From: Octopus sinensis
Taxonomy: Eukaryota
Direction: 5' to 3'
NCBI RefSeq assembly: GCF_006345805.1
Contig: NC_042998.1
Span: 93,620,001 to 93,684,000, forward strand
Length of the DNA: 64,000 nucleotides
Shown: positions 38,077 to 51,435 of the stretch, piece by piece
Position numbering within the stretch: position 1 is the stretch's first letter
Layout of the letters: the number at the start of each line of letters is the position of its first letter
Program-made: the position numbers and the translations under genes
Notes under the pieces: model-generated
Databases searched by the model: none
The model's input: only the letters and a program-made list of their open reading frames with translations
Told to the model about the DNA's origin: nothing

Positions 38077-38497
38077 GGATCTTTTCGGTTTGAACGGCAG
38101 TTTTTAACATAATTTCTAGGTAACTAAAAATTTAAAACTTCGTATACTGGTAGAATGTGTTTATAAAACATCTTTTTCTCTTGGCTTTATTGAGAAAATT
38201 CTATAGTTTGTAAGATATTTGTTGTTTTTTTCTTCAATTTCTGCAATTTCAACCAATCACTGACGTCTATTGAGTTAAAATCATTCTGTGCCGTATGAAT
38301 ATGTCCCTCGTTTAAGAAACAGATTGGATTTATTTACATTTGTGAAGAAAAAAAGATACCCTTCCCCCCACCACTAACCCTAACCCTAACCCTAAAACAG
38401 ATTGAAATGCAATAGATCGATACTAGGGTCATAATTATGGGTGACAATTTCATATGACACCGCTAGAAAAAAACTGCCGTTCAAACCGAAAAGATCC
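38077..38497. mobile_element. MITE with perfect 29-bp TIRs in a TA context, containing (CCCTAA)-type telomeric repeats
   Basis: GGATCTTTTCGGTTTGAACGGCAGTTTTT (38077-38105) and its exact reverse complement (38469-38497); CTAACCCTAACCCTAACCCTAA at 38374-38395. Confidence 0.9.
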
Positions 38498-38745
38498 TAT
38501 ATATATAAATGTGTGTGTGTGTGTGTGGTGTGTGTGTGTGTGTGGTGTGTGTGTGTGTGTGTGTGCATATCATTGTCTTTGCCCCTCTCTCACCTCTAGC
38601 CGATCAGAATTATTTTGCACTAAGTTCTACATAAAGAAAATTCACTCAATTTCTAAACATTTTTATTTTCTTTTTTGGGGAGCCAACAAGTCTAAATAAA
38701 TTCCCATTCTTTTTATTTATTCGCTTGTTTGTTAATTTACACTAA

Positions 38746-39021
38746 GCGCGTGGGTTGGTGGTTAGTATATTCATCTCACAATCTTAAGGTTGTGAGTTCG
38801 ATTCCCGGCTGCACGTTGTGTCCTTGAGCAAGTCACTTTATTTTCACGTTGCTCCAGTCCACTCAGCTGGCAAAAGTAAGAGGTACCTATATTTCAAAGG
38901 GCCAACTTTGTCACATTCTGAGTCACACCGAATCTCCCTGAGAGCACGTTACTTTCACGAGCTGGATGTTTTGTTGATCGAATTAACTGGAACACTCGTC
39001 GTCGTAACCGACGGAGTGCCG
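38746..39021 (+). mobile_element. SINE family C, full length
   Basis: B box GAGTTCGATTCCC; CORE-like TGTGTCCTTGAGCAAGTCACTT. Confidence 0.85.
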
Positions 39022-39770
39022 CATCCAGTTCATTTATTTATTTAATTATTTATTTATTGCATTTCAATTTTAACGTCCATACTTTCATAGTTTCTCAGCG
39101 GTGTATTGGCTGTTCACTTCCTCCATTTAATGTGGACGTCTGGTCTTCAAGTTGATCGAGAGAGAGAGTACTAATATTTGTTAATGTGGTTACTAGTCTA
39201 ACTTCTGTAAATTTTAAGATATGTAGAAATAATCCAGGATTATCAAAAATTACTTGATTTCCTAGGAACTAGTTTGAACAATTTCGAGGGAAGAAAAATC
39301 TGATAATCAGTCTAGCATTTATTCAGTCGAAATCTTAACTCATCTACCTTTATTTACAATGAAAGGTAAAGAAATAATCTACAGATGGAAATCACCAACA
39401 AACATGCAGTATCTATGTGTGAGATTTGAGAAAGTACAATGTATTCTAACGTTTGGACATTCTTTCTTTAAAGACAAACCGGCGTTTGTTTAGCATGTCT
39501 TAATTCACACGCTACTGTCTTAACATACACAGAAGATACAATGAATAATATTGTTATATAGATACAATATTTGGTGGAGGGAAAAGTACGACGAAGGCTG
39601 ACAGAGTTACACAAAAACATTAAGTAAATAAGGAGAGAATCTTCACCCCCAAAATTAACATCTTCCTCGATAAGATGAGACGCTAGCATAAATTAGCAAA
39701 GTGTTCTCTCTTTTATATCTCTAAACTAAGTATTTATATTAGGTACACTTTTTAAATTTGTCGGACAGGT

Positions 39771-40225
39771 GTCCTCATCTTTATTGTTTTTTTTTCTTTT
39801 ACATTTGTCGAACTGATGTCATCTTTATTGTTTTCACTACGTTTTGGCTGCTGTATGCTCCAGCTTTCTTCAGGTGTCTTGTGATTCACCTAAATGTCTT
39901 GCCTCAGATTGAACTCAGGACCTTTGGGTAACAGCATTGCATTAACTAACGCCTTTCTCCACAACACTACGCCCGTAGGCAGTGGCCGAGTAAATTCTTA
40001 AGGTTTATAAACCTCCATTGATGTTCTTTGTCGACTCCGTACAGATTGAATAATATAATTCCATATTTGACCTGGAGGTTCTGAGGCACTGAGGGGAATC
40101 ACAAGATACCTGATAAAAGGCTGGAGCGTACAACAACCGAAACGCAGCGAAAAGCAACAATCAAGATGAGGAAAACAGTTTGACTAATGTAAACAGTATA
40201 AACTCCTCATCTCTGAAATATAGAT
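39771..40225. mobile_element. Older head-to-head pair of HHR-bearing SINE-like elements
   Basis: Minus HHR 39835-39876 (CAC-CTGAAGA...CAGCC-AAAA-CG-TA-GTG) and plus HHR 40107-40149 (CTGATAA...CAACC-GAAA-CG-CA); tail CAAGATGAGG...TCCTCATCTC.GAAATATAG homologous to 26680-26745. Confidence 0.7.
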
Positions 40226-41579
40226 TAAGTATTTACATATTCACTGAAATTAGAATTTAGTGGTCCGATTACTGGTTTTTTAATATTTTAAAATGAAGGG
40301 ACGTGGCCTAGTTAAATGTCATAATGTGATGGGTTCAATTCAGGGATCGAGCCGCACGTTGTGTCCTGAAGCAACGTATTTTATTTCACGTTGCTCCAGT
40401 CTAGTCAGTTGTAAATGAGTTCTACTGCTGCACCTCTCTTTCCCTCCTGATGTCACATCCAGGATGTCCCACTGAGTCAAAGATAGGGTAATCGAGAGGG
40501 TATTTATATCTGCTTGTGATTACATAAGCACCTAAAGTATTTAGCGAATTCGTAGCTCATGTTACGAAGCCACGCTCCCGCAACAATTCTAAATTACATG
40601 CAATACACACAGAGTCGTAGCTAATCGTAAATATGTTGTTATATGTTGTATTACAAAGGATGTTTCACTCAGCTTCAAAAGAATCGTAAAAAATGTTCAA
40701 AAATCCCGATATCATGGGTTTCTTTCGACTAGGCTCAAAACTTCTATATTTTTCGAGAAGGAATAGAGGGCGTATGATTTTCATGACATTTCTAAGAGCG
40801 TTTATTAGTGGTACAACTGATGTTGTAGTTTTGGCTAACTAAATACTTCAAGCCTTGCAAAATTATGAAGCTAGTCGTTATTGTCGTTGTTGTTGCTATT
40901 GTCACTGTTATGTTTGTTGCTGTTGTTGATTCCCATATGAGTCCTAACTGGACAGTCTTATGATTAAAGACGTTCTAGCCGCGACCATCCATCCGGTCTT
41001 TTTTTAAACTTACTCTATTGAAGACAACATTATCTAATGTGTTTTCTCTTGTTTAATGAGGTATAATTGATATTCGAAGGGGCTTTGACTGCTATTTCTA
41101 GAAGATCGAGCGGCCACGAAAATTCTCCCTCATTGGCTCGACAGATGAAGCCAGTAATGCTTACATCAGTTGTAATTCGTTATCACATTTCCCCACTTAT
41201 CTTTACTCCTCCTTTAGTTGAGAAAGGTTGATGTGTGCTCAGGCACACTATCAAACCGGTTCTGACTATGATGACAATTTTCATCGAAACAGTTTCTTTC
41301 CAAAACAATTTTTTTTAAATGAAGATCCGTTATCTAATGAAAGCGATTTGAAATTATTGTTTTTCTAGGGCAGCCATAATTTGTGAAGACGTTATTATCT
41401 TCTAATCGATTAATCAATTTAGCTGCAATTAGCCGATAGACCGTTAAGTGCGAATTGATTAATGTTAGCATTTTGTGATATTTGCTGTGTAACCTGATAA
41501 TACAACTGCCTGGTTTTTGCTTGGATTGCTATTGTTGATGATATTTATATCCATACTTACAATACTGTAAGTGCACACA

Positions 41580-41613
<34 letters not shown>

Positions 41614-41656
41614 AGTTGTAACAAGGCAGTCAAACCAAACTGATACTTTGAAATCA

Positions 41657-41732
41657 TTTAACACGTACGTTTCGGGCCTGTGTCATATATAATAGGATAT
41701 ACATCAATTACGTAAGATCTTCCTCGGTTAAA
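41657..41732 (-). ncRNA. Decayed long-stem-II hammerhead-like motif
   Basis: TTTAA-CCGAGGA...GAAA-CGTACG-TG-TTAAA; 5-bp stem I and palindromic stem III, but G at position 17 and poor stem II closure. Confidence 0.35.
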
Positions 41733-42551
41733 ACATTTCAAAATTATAAATAATATGTGAATAAAACAATATATTTTGAAATGTTTTAACTGAAAGGTCT
41801 AATGTAATGGATGAATTTCCTATTATCTATTATGCAGACCTGAAGAATATGTATAATATAATTTGTATCATATAATTTGAAATTACCACTATTTGGTTTG
41901 ATTTCATTATTACAACTTATACGACTAGATGCAAGTACAAACCAGTCTGTCCAGACTCCACTTGCACAAATACTCAAACGACTCGGGTAGTTTGTTTTAT
42001 TTGACTTGATTTGAAAATTCTGGTACCTTGCACTACTTCTTAGCGTAATACAAAATATATGCAACAAAACTTCCATAAGCAATACATTCTTGAACAAGTA
42101 TAACCCTTACCAGAATTAGATACCCAATAAAAGACACTATATCAATGTATAATGTAATGTATACAACAAAATAACCATAAACTAAGTTAAACACTACCAC
42201 AACAACAATCTCAATGCAGGATAACTTAGAAACCTTGAGAATATGATACAAAAGGTTCACAACCAATAACTCTCGTAAATAAAGAAAAGCTACTGTCAAC
42301 ATTTTTCTTGTAAAAATTAATACTAAAGTATACTCAGTAATACTTCAGTTTTATGCTAAATTGTTTTTATATATAACTTCTCATAAAAGCAAATGCACAC
42401 ACACACACATATATATAATACCAATAAAGATTGATCAATAAAGATTCTCGTATCTGCCATCTTCCGTCTCTCTCATTAATTAGATAACTAACGAACACTG
42501 AGCTAGTGAACGTGTTTTCCCGGCAAACTACTAGGTGTATACCAATAACTA

Positions 42552-42553
<2 letters not shown>

Positions 42554-42582
<29 letters not shown>

Positions 42583-42720
42583 TGTATGTATGTATGTATG
42601 TATGTATGTATGTATGTATGCATGCATGCATGCATGCATGTATGTATGTATGTATGTATGTATGTATGTATGTATGTATGTGTATGTATGTATGTATGTA
42701 TGTATGTATGCATGTATGTA
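42554..42720. repeat. (TATG)n microsatellite
   Basis: Direct reading. Confidence 0.97.
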
Positions 42721-43189
42721 TCTTGCGTAGTATAAAAAACATCTTGTAATTTCAAAGATCAAATAAATGTAATTATCAAAATTCCTGCAATTTGCGACAA
42801 GAGGCTGACAGAACCCAGAGGAGAAATTCCATTTCCTAAATTCTTACTAAGAGATCTAACACGGTGAAGACTAGTATGCTTGAAGCAACTTGAGTGCTGC
42901 TGTTTTTTCAGTGCTTCATTGTTTGAATAAGAGATTTCACAAAGAGATTATTTATTTCGAGTAGGCATAAATTCATCTCCTTTATAGTAATCTATTGCTT
43001 TCGGTGGATTGAATAATTATGTCAATCTGAGCAGAAATGTCATTTCACAATTATAAAGTTTTGAGATATCTTGTTTAGCACCTCCTGATTGTGCTATCGT
43101 GCTACAGTGCTTACCATCGCTCTACACTCGTTAAATAGCGATTCTATGAAGGATCATCCCTATGATCCCTCCTGCGGAACAACCATATA

Positions 43190-43690
<501 letters not shown>

Positions 43691-43845
43691 AAAAATAATT
43701 TATATTGCTGCTTATTATTGTAGTTGGTGGTGGTTTATTTAGCCCCAGGTACGCCGTAATTGATCAAAGTCATTATTAAAAACGTTTTCGTTTTAGCTAT
43801 AAAGTATCCGTATTTCCCAGTTGTATGTCTCCTTTTCTTTATATA

Positions 43846-45133
43846 TTAGGTTGTCCGGAAAGTTCGTGCCAATTTTTAAAGGAAAGAAAAAGGTCAATAA
43901 ATATTTGCCTTTACATTTTAATCAACTAAATATGAACCATTTTGTTGCACAATGAGGTTCCATCTTTCCTTTAACTTGAAAATACCCTCTTCCCAGAATT
44001 CAGGTGGTTTTCATGGCAAAGAATTTATCAAGGTATCTTTTTATGTCATCCAAGGAATTGAAATTTTTACCATTAAGACTATTCTGTAGAGAGCTGAATA
44101 AGTGGAAATCCGAAGGAGCAATATCTGGTGAATATGGAGAGTGGTGTAACACATCCCAGCCGAGCTGCAGCAATTTTTGTCTGGTTCCCAAAGAAACGTG
44201 CGGTCTTGAATTATCATGTTGGAAAACAACACCGTTCCTGTTGGCCAATTCTGGACATTTCTCATGAACGTTTCGCTTTTAACTCGTCCTGTTGTGTGCG
44301 GTATTTCTCAGAATTAATTGTCTGGTTACTTGGTAGAAGCTCATAGTACAGAATTCCTTTCCAATCCCACCAGACACAAAGCAAGACTTTTTAGGGTAAA
44401 GACCCGCTTTTGGGGTGGATAAGGATGGTTCATGTCGCTTACTCCAGGATCGCTTTCTCAGAAACATTTCGGTAGATAATCCATTTCTCATCACCTGTCA
44501 CAATTTGCTTTAAAAAAAGGCGCGTTTTCATTCCGTTTTATAAAGCGAATCACAGATGGAAATGCCTTCCAAAAGGTTATTCTCACTCAACACATGTGGT
44601 ACCCAGACATCGTAGCGATTTGTGTACCCAAGCTTTACCAAGTGCTCATGAACGACGGATTTTGAAAGGTTGAGGCTTTCTGCCAATCCTCGGGTTGTGC
44701 AAAGTGGGTTATTCTCAATTAATGACTTGATTTGGTCATCATCTGTAGTGGATGGTCTGTCTGATTGATTTTTATCAATAAGGCTACAATCTCCAGCTCG
44801 GAACCTTGCGAACCACTTCCGTACAGTTCTTTCGGATAAAGAAACATCACCGTAAACTGCGCATATTTCTTTGGTTGCTTGTGAGGCATTTTTCTCTTTA
44901 CGGAAAAGGAAAAGCATCATGTGCCGAAAATGAACTTTCTTATCTCTCATTTTAAAGGGTTATAAGAATTAACACAGGTTATAGGAACATAAACCTTCTT
45001 CCCCGAAAAGATAGTTTGAACTGTGCTCTAAATGGAGGTGTAGTTAAATCCTATTTTATGGACACAACCATGTTCTAAAATAAGTCGAAAGGTAAGCTAC
45101 TATAAATCGGGACGAACTTTCCGGAGAACCCAA
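43846..45133 (-). mobile_element. Full-length (1288 bp) mariner transposon; transposase pseudogene ~44950 to ~43915
   Basis: ~30-bp TIRs with TA duplications at 43844-43845 and 45134-45135; WVPHVL, VTGDEKW, HDNSRPH, YSPDIAPSDFHLF motifs; frameshifts. Confidence 0.95.
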
Positions 45134-45358
45134 TACATTGTGGCGTGTAATTCGAGGAAATTTTGGCTGCTACTTTTAGGAAGTTCTTTACTATTTACAT
45201 TGTTCGACAATATAGACATTCTATACATTTCTTCCTTTATTTCACTTCTTTCAGAATAGAGATAGGATTGACTTCCTAAATATATCAAAGAAAGCCGTAT
45301 CAATAAGCAAATATATTTCCTCACACCAAATCACACGCGAACATTGCTTTACACACAC

Positions 45359-45396
<38 letters not shown>

Positions 45397-45659
45397 GCCC
45401 GTACTCCCGTGCAAACATACATACGCTCACATAATTATATTCATACATGTGCTGCCCCCCCCACACACACATACATACACACGCACTAGCTCTTACACAC
45501 ATAAACACACGCACACATCTTCACACATACACACACACATGCTTACGTATACATGCCTTTGTTTGGTCACTGTTGTCTCGCCTTGCCACCCACGCCTCCA
45601 GCCAATTCCGTCCTTCCGGTCAGTCCAACATGTAGTAACCATTAATTCTAATTCATTTT

Positions 45660-45765
45660 ATTTTTTCTTTGTGTTCTTTTTCTCTTTCCCCCTGTTTTGT
45701 GTCCTTTTTCCTTTCTGTAAAAAAGCGTAGGCTCGAAACGTCATGGACTTCCATTTTTTCCTGAG
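45660..45765 (+). mobile_element. PLE-terminal-repeat fragment with decayed HHR (~45713-45755)
   Basis: CTGTAAA-AAAGC-GTAG-GCTC-GAAA-CG-TC after a pyrimidine-rich tract. Confidence 0.45.
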
Positions 45766-45784
45766 CATTATATTACTAATGATA

Positions 45785-45980
45785 ATAATGGTTTCAAATT
45801 TTTCCACAAGTGCAACAGTTGGAGTGGGGCGGGTGAGTCGTTTACATCGACCCCAGTGTTCAACTGGTACTTATTTTATCGACCCCGAAAGTTTGAAAGG
45901 TAAAGTCGACCTCGGCGGAATTTGAACTCAAAACGTAGCGACGGGCGAAACACCGCTAAGCATTTCATCCAGCGCGTCGC
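45785..45980 (-). mobile_element. SINE family B
   Basis: GGTAAAGTCGACCTCGGCGGAATTTGAACTC. Confidence 0.8.
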
Positions 45981-46363
45981 CTTAAATACTACCAATAATA
46001 ATGTTTGTTGTTCTGTCACTTTGTTTTGTTGTTTTTTTGCTGGATGTTTTCATATATTTTTGGACCGTATAAAATGTAAGTAAAAATAGCTACAAAAATT
46101 CCATAGTTCCGGCAACGGCTGACGTTTTCAATGTGGTGGACATGAGAAAATTTTGCCGCAAATTCACTTGAATTAATGCAAATGAGCCTCATTGCAGCCG
46201 GAACGTCTCCAATATTTCATATTTGTATGAGAGAGACAGAAAGAAAAGAGAAAGAAAGAGAAAGAGATGAATAAAAGATAGATGGGAAAGAGAGAAGGCG
46301 TCATAGATAAAGAGAATGGAAATTATCATTTATGTTACGTGTTACCATGTCTATATACATTCT

Positions 46364-46398
<35 letters not shown>

Positions 46399-46659
46399 TA
46401 GATATTTCAAGAGGAAGTCGGTTTCTAAGAAACAATGTTTTCTCTCCTCCCTCCCTCTCTCTCTCTCTATCTCTCTCTCCCTTCCTTCCTCTGTTTATCT
46501 GGACTTCATATAAACCAGTCACCCGACGGTCTGATCTTGTTTTTTGAAGTGTCGTATGCTACCCACAAATGACACGAGAAAAATAAGAATCGGTGCTATG
46601 TTTCTTCTCTATGTTTCTAAAACCACTTTCATTTTGTGGTTTTTGACTTAGATCATAAC

Positions 46660-46852
46660 ACTACACCTTGATCAGAATGCTCGTCTGTCGCAAGGTTAAC
46701 TTCCTAGCTACTAATGGAACTCATTTACAGCTGAAACAACGTCAGTGCTTCGTTCAAGAACATAACTCAACGCCCGGTCCGGGAATCGAAACTACGATCT
46801 TACGATCATGAGTACAACCATCCTAACAACTGAGCCACGCGCCTTCACGCAT
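46660..46852 (-). mobile_element. SINE family C/D
   Basis: Homologous to 19085-19278; B box on the minus strand GTTTCGATTCCC. Confidence 0.7.
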
Positions 46853-47082
46853 TAAATAACATAACCCTTAATAAAGAGTAAGATTGGAAAACCTTTGATC
46901 ATAAGACCAAGACTGAGTGACGCTAAATAGCAATAAAGCTGTATACGTTTATATTTAACACGTTCATGTTCCACTCAGACGTTGAAAGACATTCGATATG
47001 GTAACCATCAAGGAAGAGAAATTCCCCTAATAAAACATGTTTCAAAACACTGAGTTGAGCTATGAATGAAGCCATCGGACGA

Positions 47083-47121
47083 TAGAACACGTGTTTCTGC
47101 ATCGTTACACCTCGTCAACTA
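47083..47121 (-). ncRNA. Minimal hammerhead motif, U3-G8 family
   Basis: TAG-TTGACGA-G-GTGT-AACG-ATGC-A-GAAA-CACGTG-TT-CTA. Confidence 0.6.
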
Positions 47122-47591
47122 CAAACACTGACTCCGTCGTTCGTAACACATTAAGAACTACAGTACTTAAGAATAAATAATTAATTAATAAGCATGTGCA
47201 AAACTATCCAAAACTGGAATTAATTAATTAATTAATTGCTTAATTAATTAATAGATTGATTAAAAATATGCTAAGTGGCAATGATTGAAATACAGATGTG
47301 TTCATTAATATATGTTAATGTACACGCAAACAGGGAAAGGCCTTCGTTGCGGTAACTGTTTAGGAAAGAAATCTTCCTTTTGGCATTGCATTTATAAAGG
47401 CCATTAATGTTGTCACACTCATTGTCCTTAAAAAGAATTTCTTTTTCTTTTCCACGTTCACGAACGGGTTACATATAAATGCACACACCCTTATTTTATT
47501 CATCGCTTCTCAGTGAGCCTTTATTTTATGAGTTTAGCTTGATAAAGCTTTGTGCACACCAGCGAATTTATTATTTGTTGTTTACTTATAC

Positions 47592-47993
47592 ACTTTTACT
47601 TGTTTCAGGCATTTGACTGCGGCCACGCTGGAGCACCGCCTTTAATCGAGCAAATCAACTCCAGAACTTATTCTTTATAAGCCTAGTACTTATTCTATCG
47701 GTCTCTTTTGCCGGACCGCTAAGTTATAGGGACGTAAACACACCAGCATCGGTTGTCAAGCGATGTTGGGGGGGGGGGCAAACACAGATACACTAACATA
47801 TATGCACACACAAACATATACATATATATACGACAGGCTTTTTTCAGTTTCCGTCTACCAAATCCACTCACAAGGCTTTGGTCGGCCCGAGGCTATAGTA
47901 GAAGACACTTGCTCAAGGTGCCACGCAGTGGAACTGAACACGGAACCATGTGCTTGGTAAGCAAGCTACTTACCACGCAGCCACTCCTGCGCC
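47592..47993 (-). mobile_element. SINE family A, full length
   Basis: Reverse complement of family A. Confidence 0.9.
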
Positions 47994-48031
47994 TATAGCC
48001 AGGGCTATGAACGACAATTTCTGCATTTTTT

Positions 48032-48070
48032 TAGTTGATGAGACGTAACAACGTAGAAACACGTGTCCTA
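48032..48070 (+). ncRNA. Minimal hammerhead motif, U3-G8 family
   Basis: TAG-TTGATGA-G-ACGT-AACA-ACGT-A-GAAA-CACGTG-TC-CTA; flanks homologous to the 47083 copy. Confidence 0.65.
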
Positions 48071-48318
48071 TAGTTCGATGCCGTCATTCATAACCCAACT
48101 CTGTGTGTTTTCACACACAATGTCTATAAATAAGATGTTCTTTCTCAGATAGTTATCGTAACGTTTGAGTGGACACGAACGTATTAAAGATACATGTACA
48201 CAGCTTTATTCTAATCATTACTGCTTCGCGCGTCTTTAATTATTAGTATTTGTAAAGATTTTAGTAATATTTTATATAGTTGTTAGCTCTCAGATTATAG
48301 AAGAGATAATTCAATGTA

Positions 48319-48868
48319 TTGGGTCGTCCGGAAAGTTCGTGCCGATTTATAGTAGCTTACCTTTCGACTTGTGTCTATAAAATAGGATTTGACTACACCT
48401 CCATTTAGAGCACAGTTTAAGCTATCTTTTCGTGGAAGAAGATTTATGTTCCTATAACCTGTGTTAATTCTGTAACCCTTTAAAATGGAAGATAAGAAAG
48501 TTCATTTTCGGCACTTGATGCTTTGGGAACCAGACAAAAATTGCTGCAGCTCGGTTGGGATATGTTACCCCATCCTCCATATTCACCAGATATTGCTCCT
48601 TCGGATTTCCACTTATACAGGTTTCTGCAGAATAGTCTTAATGGTAAAAATTTCAATTCCTTGGATGACATAAAAAGATACCTTAATGAATTCTTTGCCA
48701 TGAAACCACCTAAATTCTGGGAAGAGGGTATTCTCAAGTTAAAGGAAAGATGGAACCTCATTGTGCAACAACATGGTTCATATTTAGTTGATTAAAAATG
48801 TAAAGGCAAATATTTATTGACCTTTTTCTTTACTTTAAAAATCGGCACGAACTTTCCGGACAACCCAA
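48319..48868 (+). mobile_element. Internally deleted (550 bp) mariner, same family as 43846-45133
   Basis: Same TIRs with TA duplications; MEDKKVHFRHLML joined directly to the region encoding ...HPPYSPDIAPSDFHLY... Confidence 0.95.
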
Positions 48869-49386
48869 TATTACTGGTTATTGATAAAGCAACCAATGTC
48901 TAAATCACCAATGCTATAACACGTACACATTTAACTAAATACCATAACACACTATATCTAGCTACTTACTATCCTGGATATATTCATTGTTACAAAATAA
49001 CAAGTGAGAAAAATATAAAGTATTCATTTTTTTTTATTCAAATAACAACAAATGTGAGAAAAATGAAACATATATCACATTCATCCAAAGAGATGTGTCT
49101 ATTTATATTATATTTTACGTAACATTTCGTGTACGATATTGTTGTTTACTACTGGTTTCTAATGGCGAGAGTGACAAAGGATTCTCTTCGTAACTTGGGA
49201 GGAACAACAACTGCACAATATTTTTATACAAAAGCTTCAATTCTTTTTTTCAGTTTCTTCGCTGATGTTTACAGCTCTCGTCAATTATGGACACACACAC
49301 GCATTTGTACACACAGATACACACGCATACATACATACATACATACATTTTCACACACATTTACATAGCCGTACACACACACATAC

Positions 49387-49461
<75 letters not shown>

Positions 49462-49594
49462 GAATATGCATATAAGTGTGTATGTATGTATGCATGTGTG
49501 TAAAAAATATATATACATACACATATATCTAACTATCTCTCCCTCTCTCTCTCTGTATATATATATATATATATATTTATATGAATTATATATA

Positions 49595-49627
<33 letters not shown>

Positions 49628-49754
49628 ATTCATATAAATACAGTGTATTTATATGAATAATATATAGATTATTGACTAAATTTTTTACACGTTTGGTCAC
49701 TGGTAATGGAAATTTCTAATATTTCAGATAACCCTTTAATATTATTAATTATGT

Positions 49755-49802
<48 letters not shown>

Positions 49803-49976
49803 CATACACATACATACAGATGCACGCACAGACAGAAGAAAAGAGTTCTCATTACTTACGCAGTTTGTGATTTCACTTTGCATTGCTTAAAATTTCACAG
49901 ACGTAAAAGGAAGTTTGCGTAACATTAAGTAAATTTAAGTCACAAGAGCATGTGTTTGTCAGTGCGCACGCATATA

Positions 49977-50021
<45 letters not shown>

Positions 50022-50393
50022 CGTCCATAAAAATAATTTATGAACGCTATTTATCCTTTGCATTATTTCATTGTATTACTTCTAAAACGAATGACATCCC
50101 AGATCGGGATTGTAACCCTGAAGCGAAACTTGACTTTTAAAGCCTTTACCTCATGTACTTTTCATTCAGAAAAGTATTCATCTCTTACTTTTAAAGTATC
50201 TAAAACACTTCGTTCCCAAATGGTACAGTTGTAGCAGTTTATATACTTTTATTTACCTTCGGGTAACCTTGTATTTCAGAAGTCATGAATAAGGCGTCGT
50301 TGCCTGATTAGAGAAAGCGAGAGAAAGATGAGACATTAACGTTTAGTTGTGTGAATCAGCTAATGGCTGTTTTTATAATACAGATCTACAATA

Positions 50394-50632
50394 TATTTCT
50401 TTACTACCCACAAGGGGCTAAACATAGAGGGGACAAACAAGGACTGACAAAGGGAGTAAGTCGATTACATCGACCCCAGTGCGAAACTGGTACTTTATTT
50501 ATCGACCCCGAAAGGATGAAAGGTAAAGTCGACCTCGGTGGAATTTGAACCCAGAACGTAACGACAGACGAAAAACCGCAAGGCATTTCGCCCGGCGCGC
50601 TAACGTTTCTGCCAGATCTACAATACTCGCCG
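50394..50632 (-). mobile_element. SINE family B, full length
   Basis: Reverse complement of 60928-61151. Confidence 0.9.
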
Positions 50633-51379
50633 ACTGCAAATCAAGAGGAATCATTTGCTTAAAATTAAGGCGGATGGTATCTTGAAATCAACATTATTCA
50701 TCTAAAATTGTAATAGTCTAGTATCATATAGTAGTATTTATCAGAATATGGGTTTATGAGAAAGAGAGAGAGAGAGAGGGGGGAGGGAGAGAGGGAGTGA
50801 GTATGTGTGTTTGTAATGAATCGGAATACATTAGTGAACAACGCACATCTTTCACCTATCTCCATACAAGCAAAACGATTGATGATTGCAATCAATATTC
50901 ATAAAATAATCACGTAGGCAACATACATTAGTTTCAAACAAAACTACATACATAACTTATGACATAAATCTAAACATTTAAATTGAAATTCCAGCAGTAA
51001 CATCTATACTAATATCTTTGCTAATGTTTATTGGAAGAGTAGCAACGTACGCCAACATCACCTCATCTTGAAGGTGAGACTATGATGTTACAGAAACGTT
51101 GATATTGGTGATTTAGAAACTTTTCTGGTTCACACAAAATGCAAGAAAATATCAAAATCATTGACTACAAAGACAAAACTAGACGGTATTTTGTAATTGA
51201 AAAGACTTGGTATTAAAATGTGATATTCATATACATGCTTAAGACATAGAATAAATGCAATAAAGAAATCCGATTTATATGAGACAGCTGGAAAGAGGGT
51301 AACGTATATGCTATATGTACACTACATAAGTATACAGCTTTGATTGTTATAATTCCATGCTTTAGTATGAAGTCGCCGC

Positions 51380-51435
<56 letters not shown>

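Noticed and set aside
41930-41995. Possible 58-nt exon (DASTNQSVQTPLAQILKRLG)
   Set aside because: Weak splice signals and no homology recognised.
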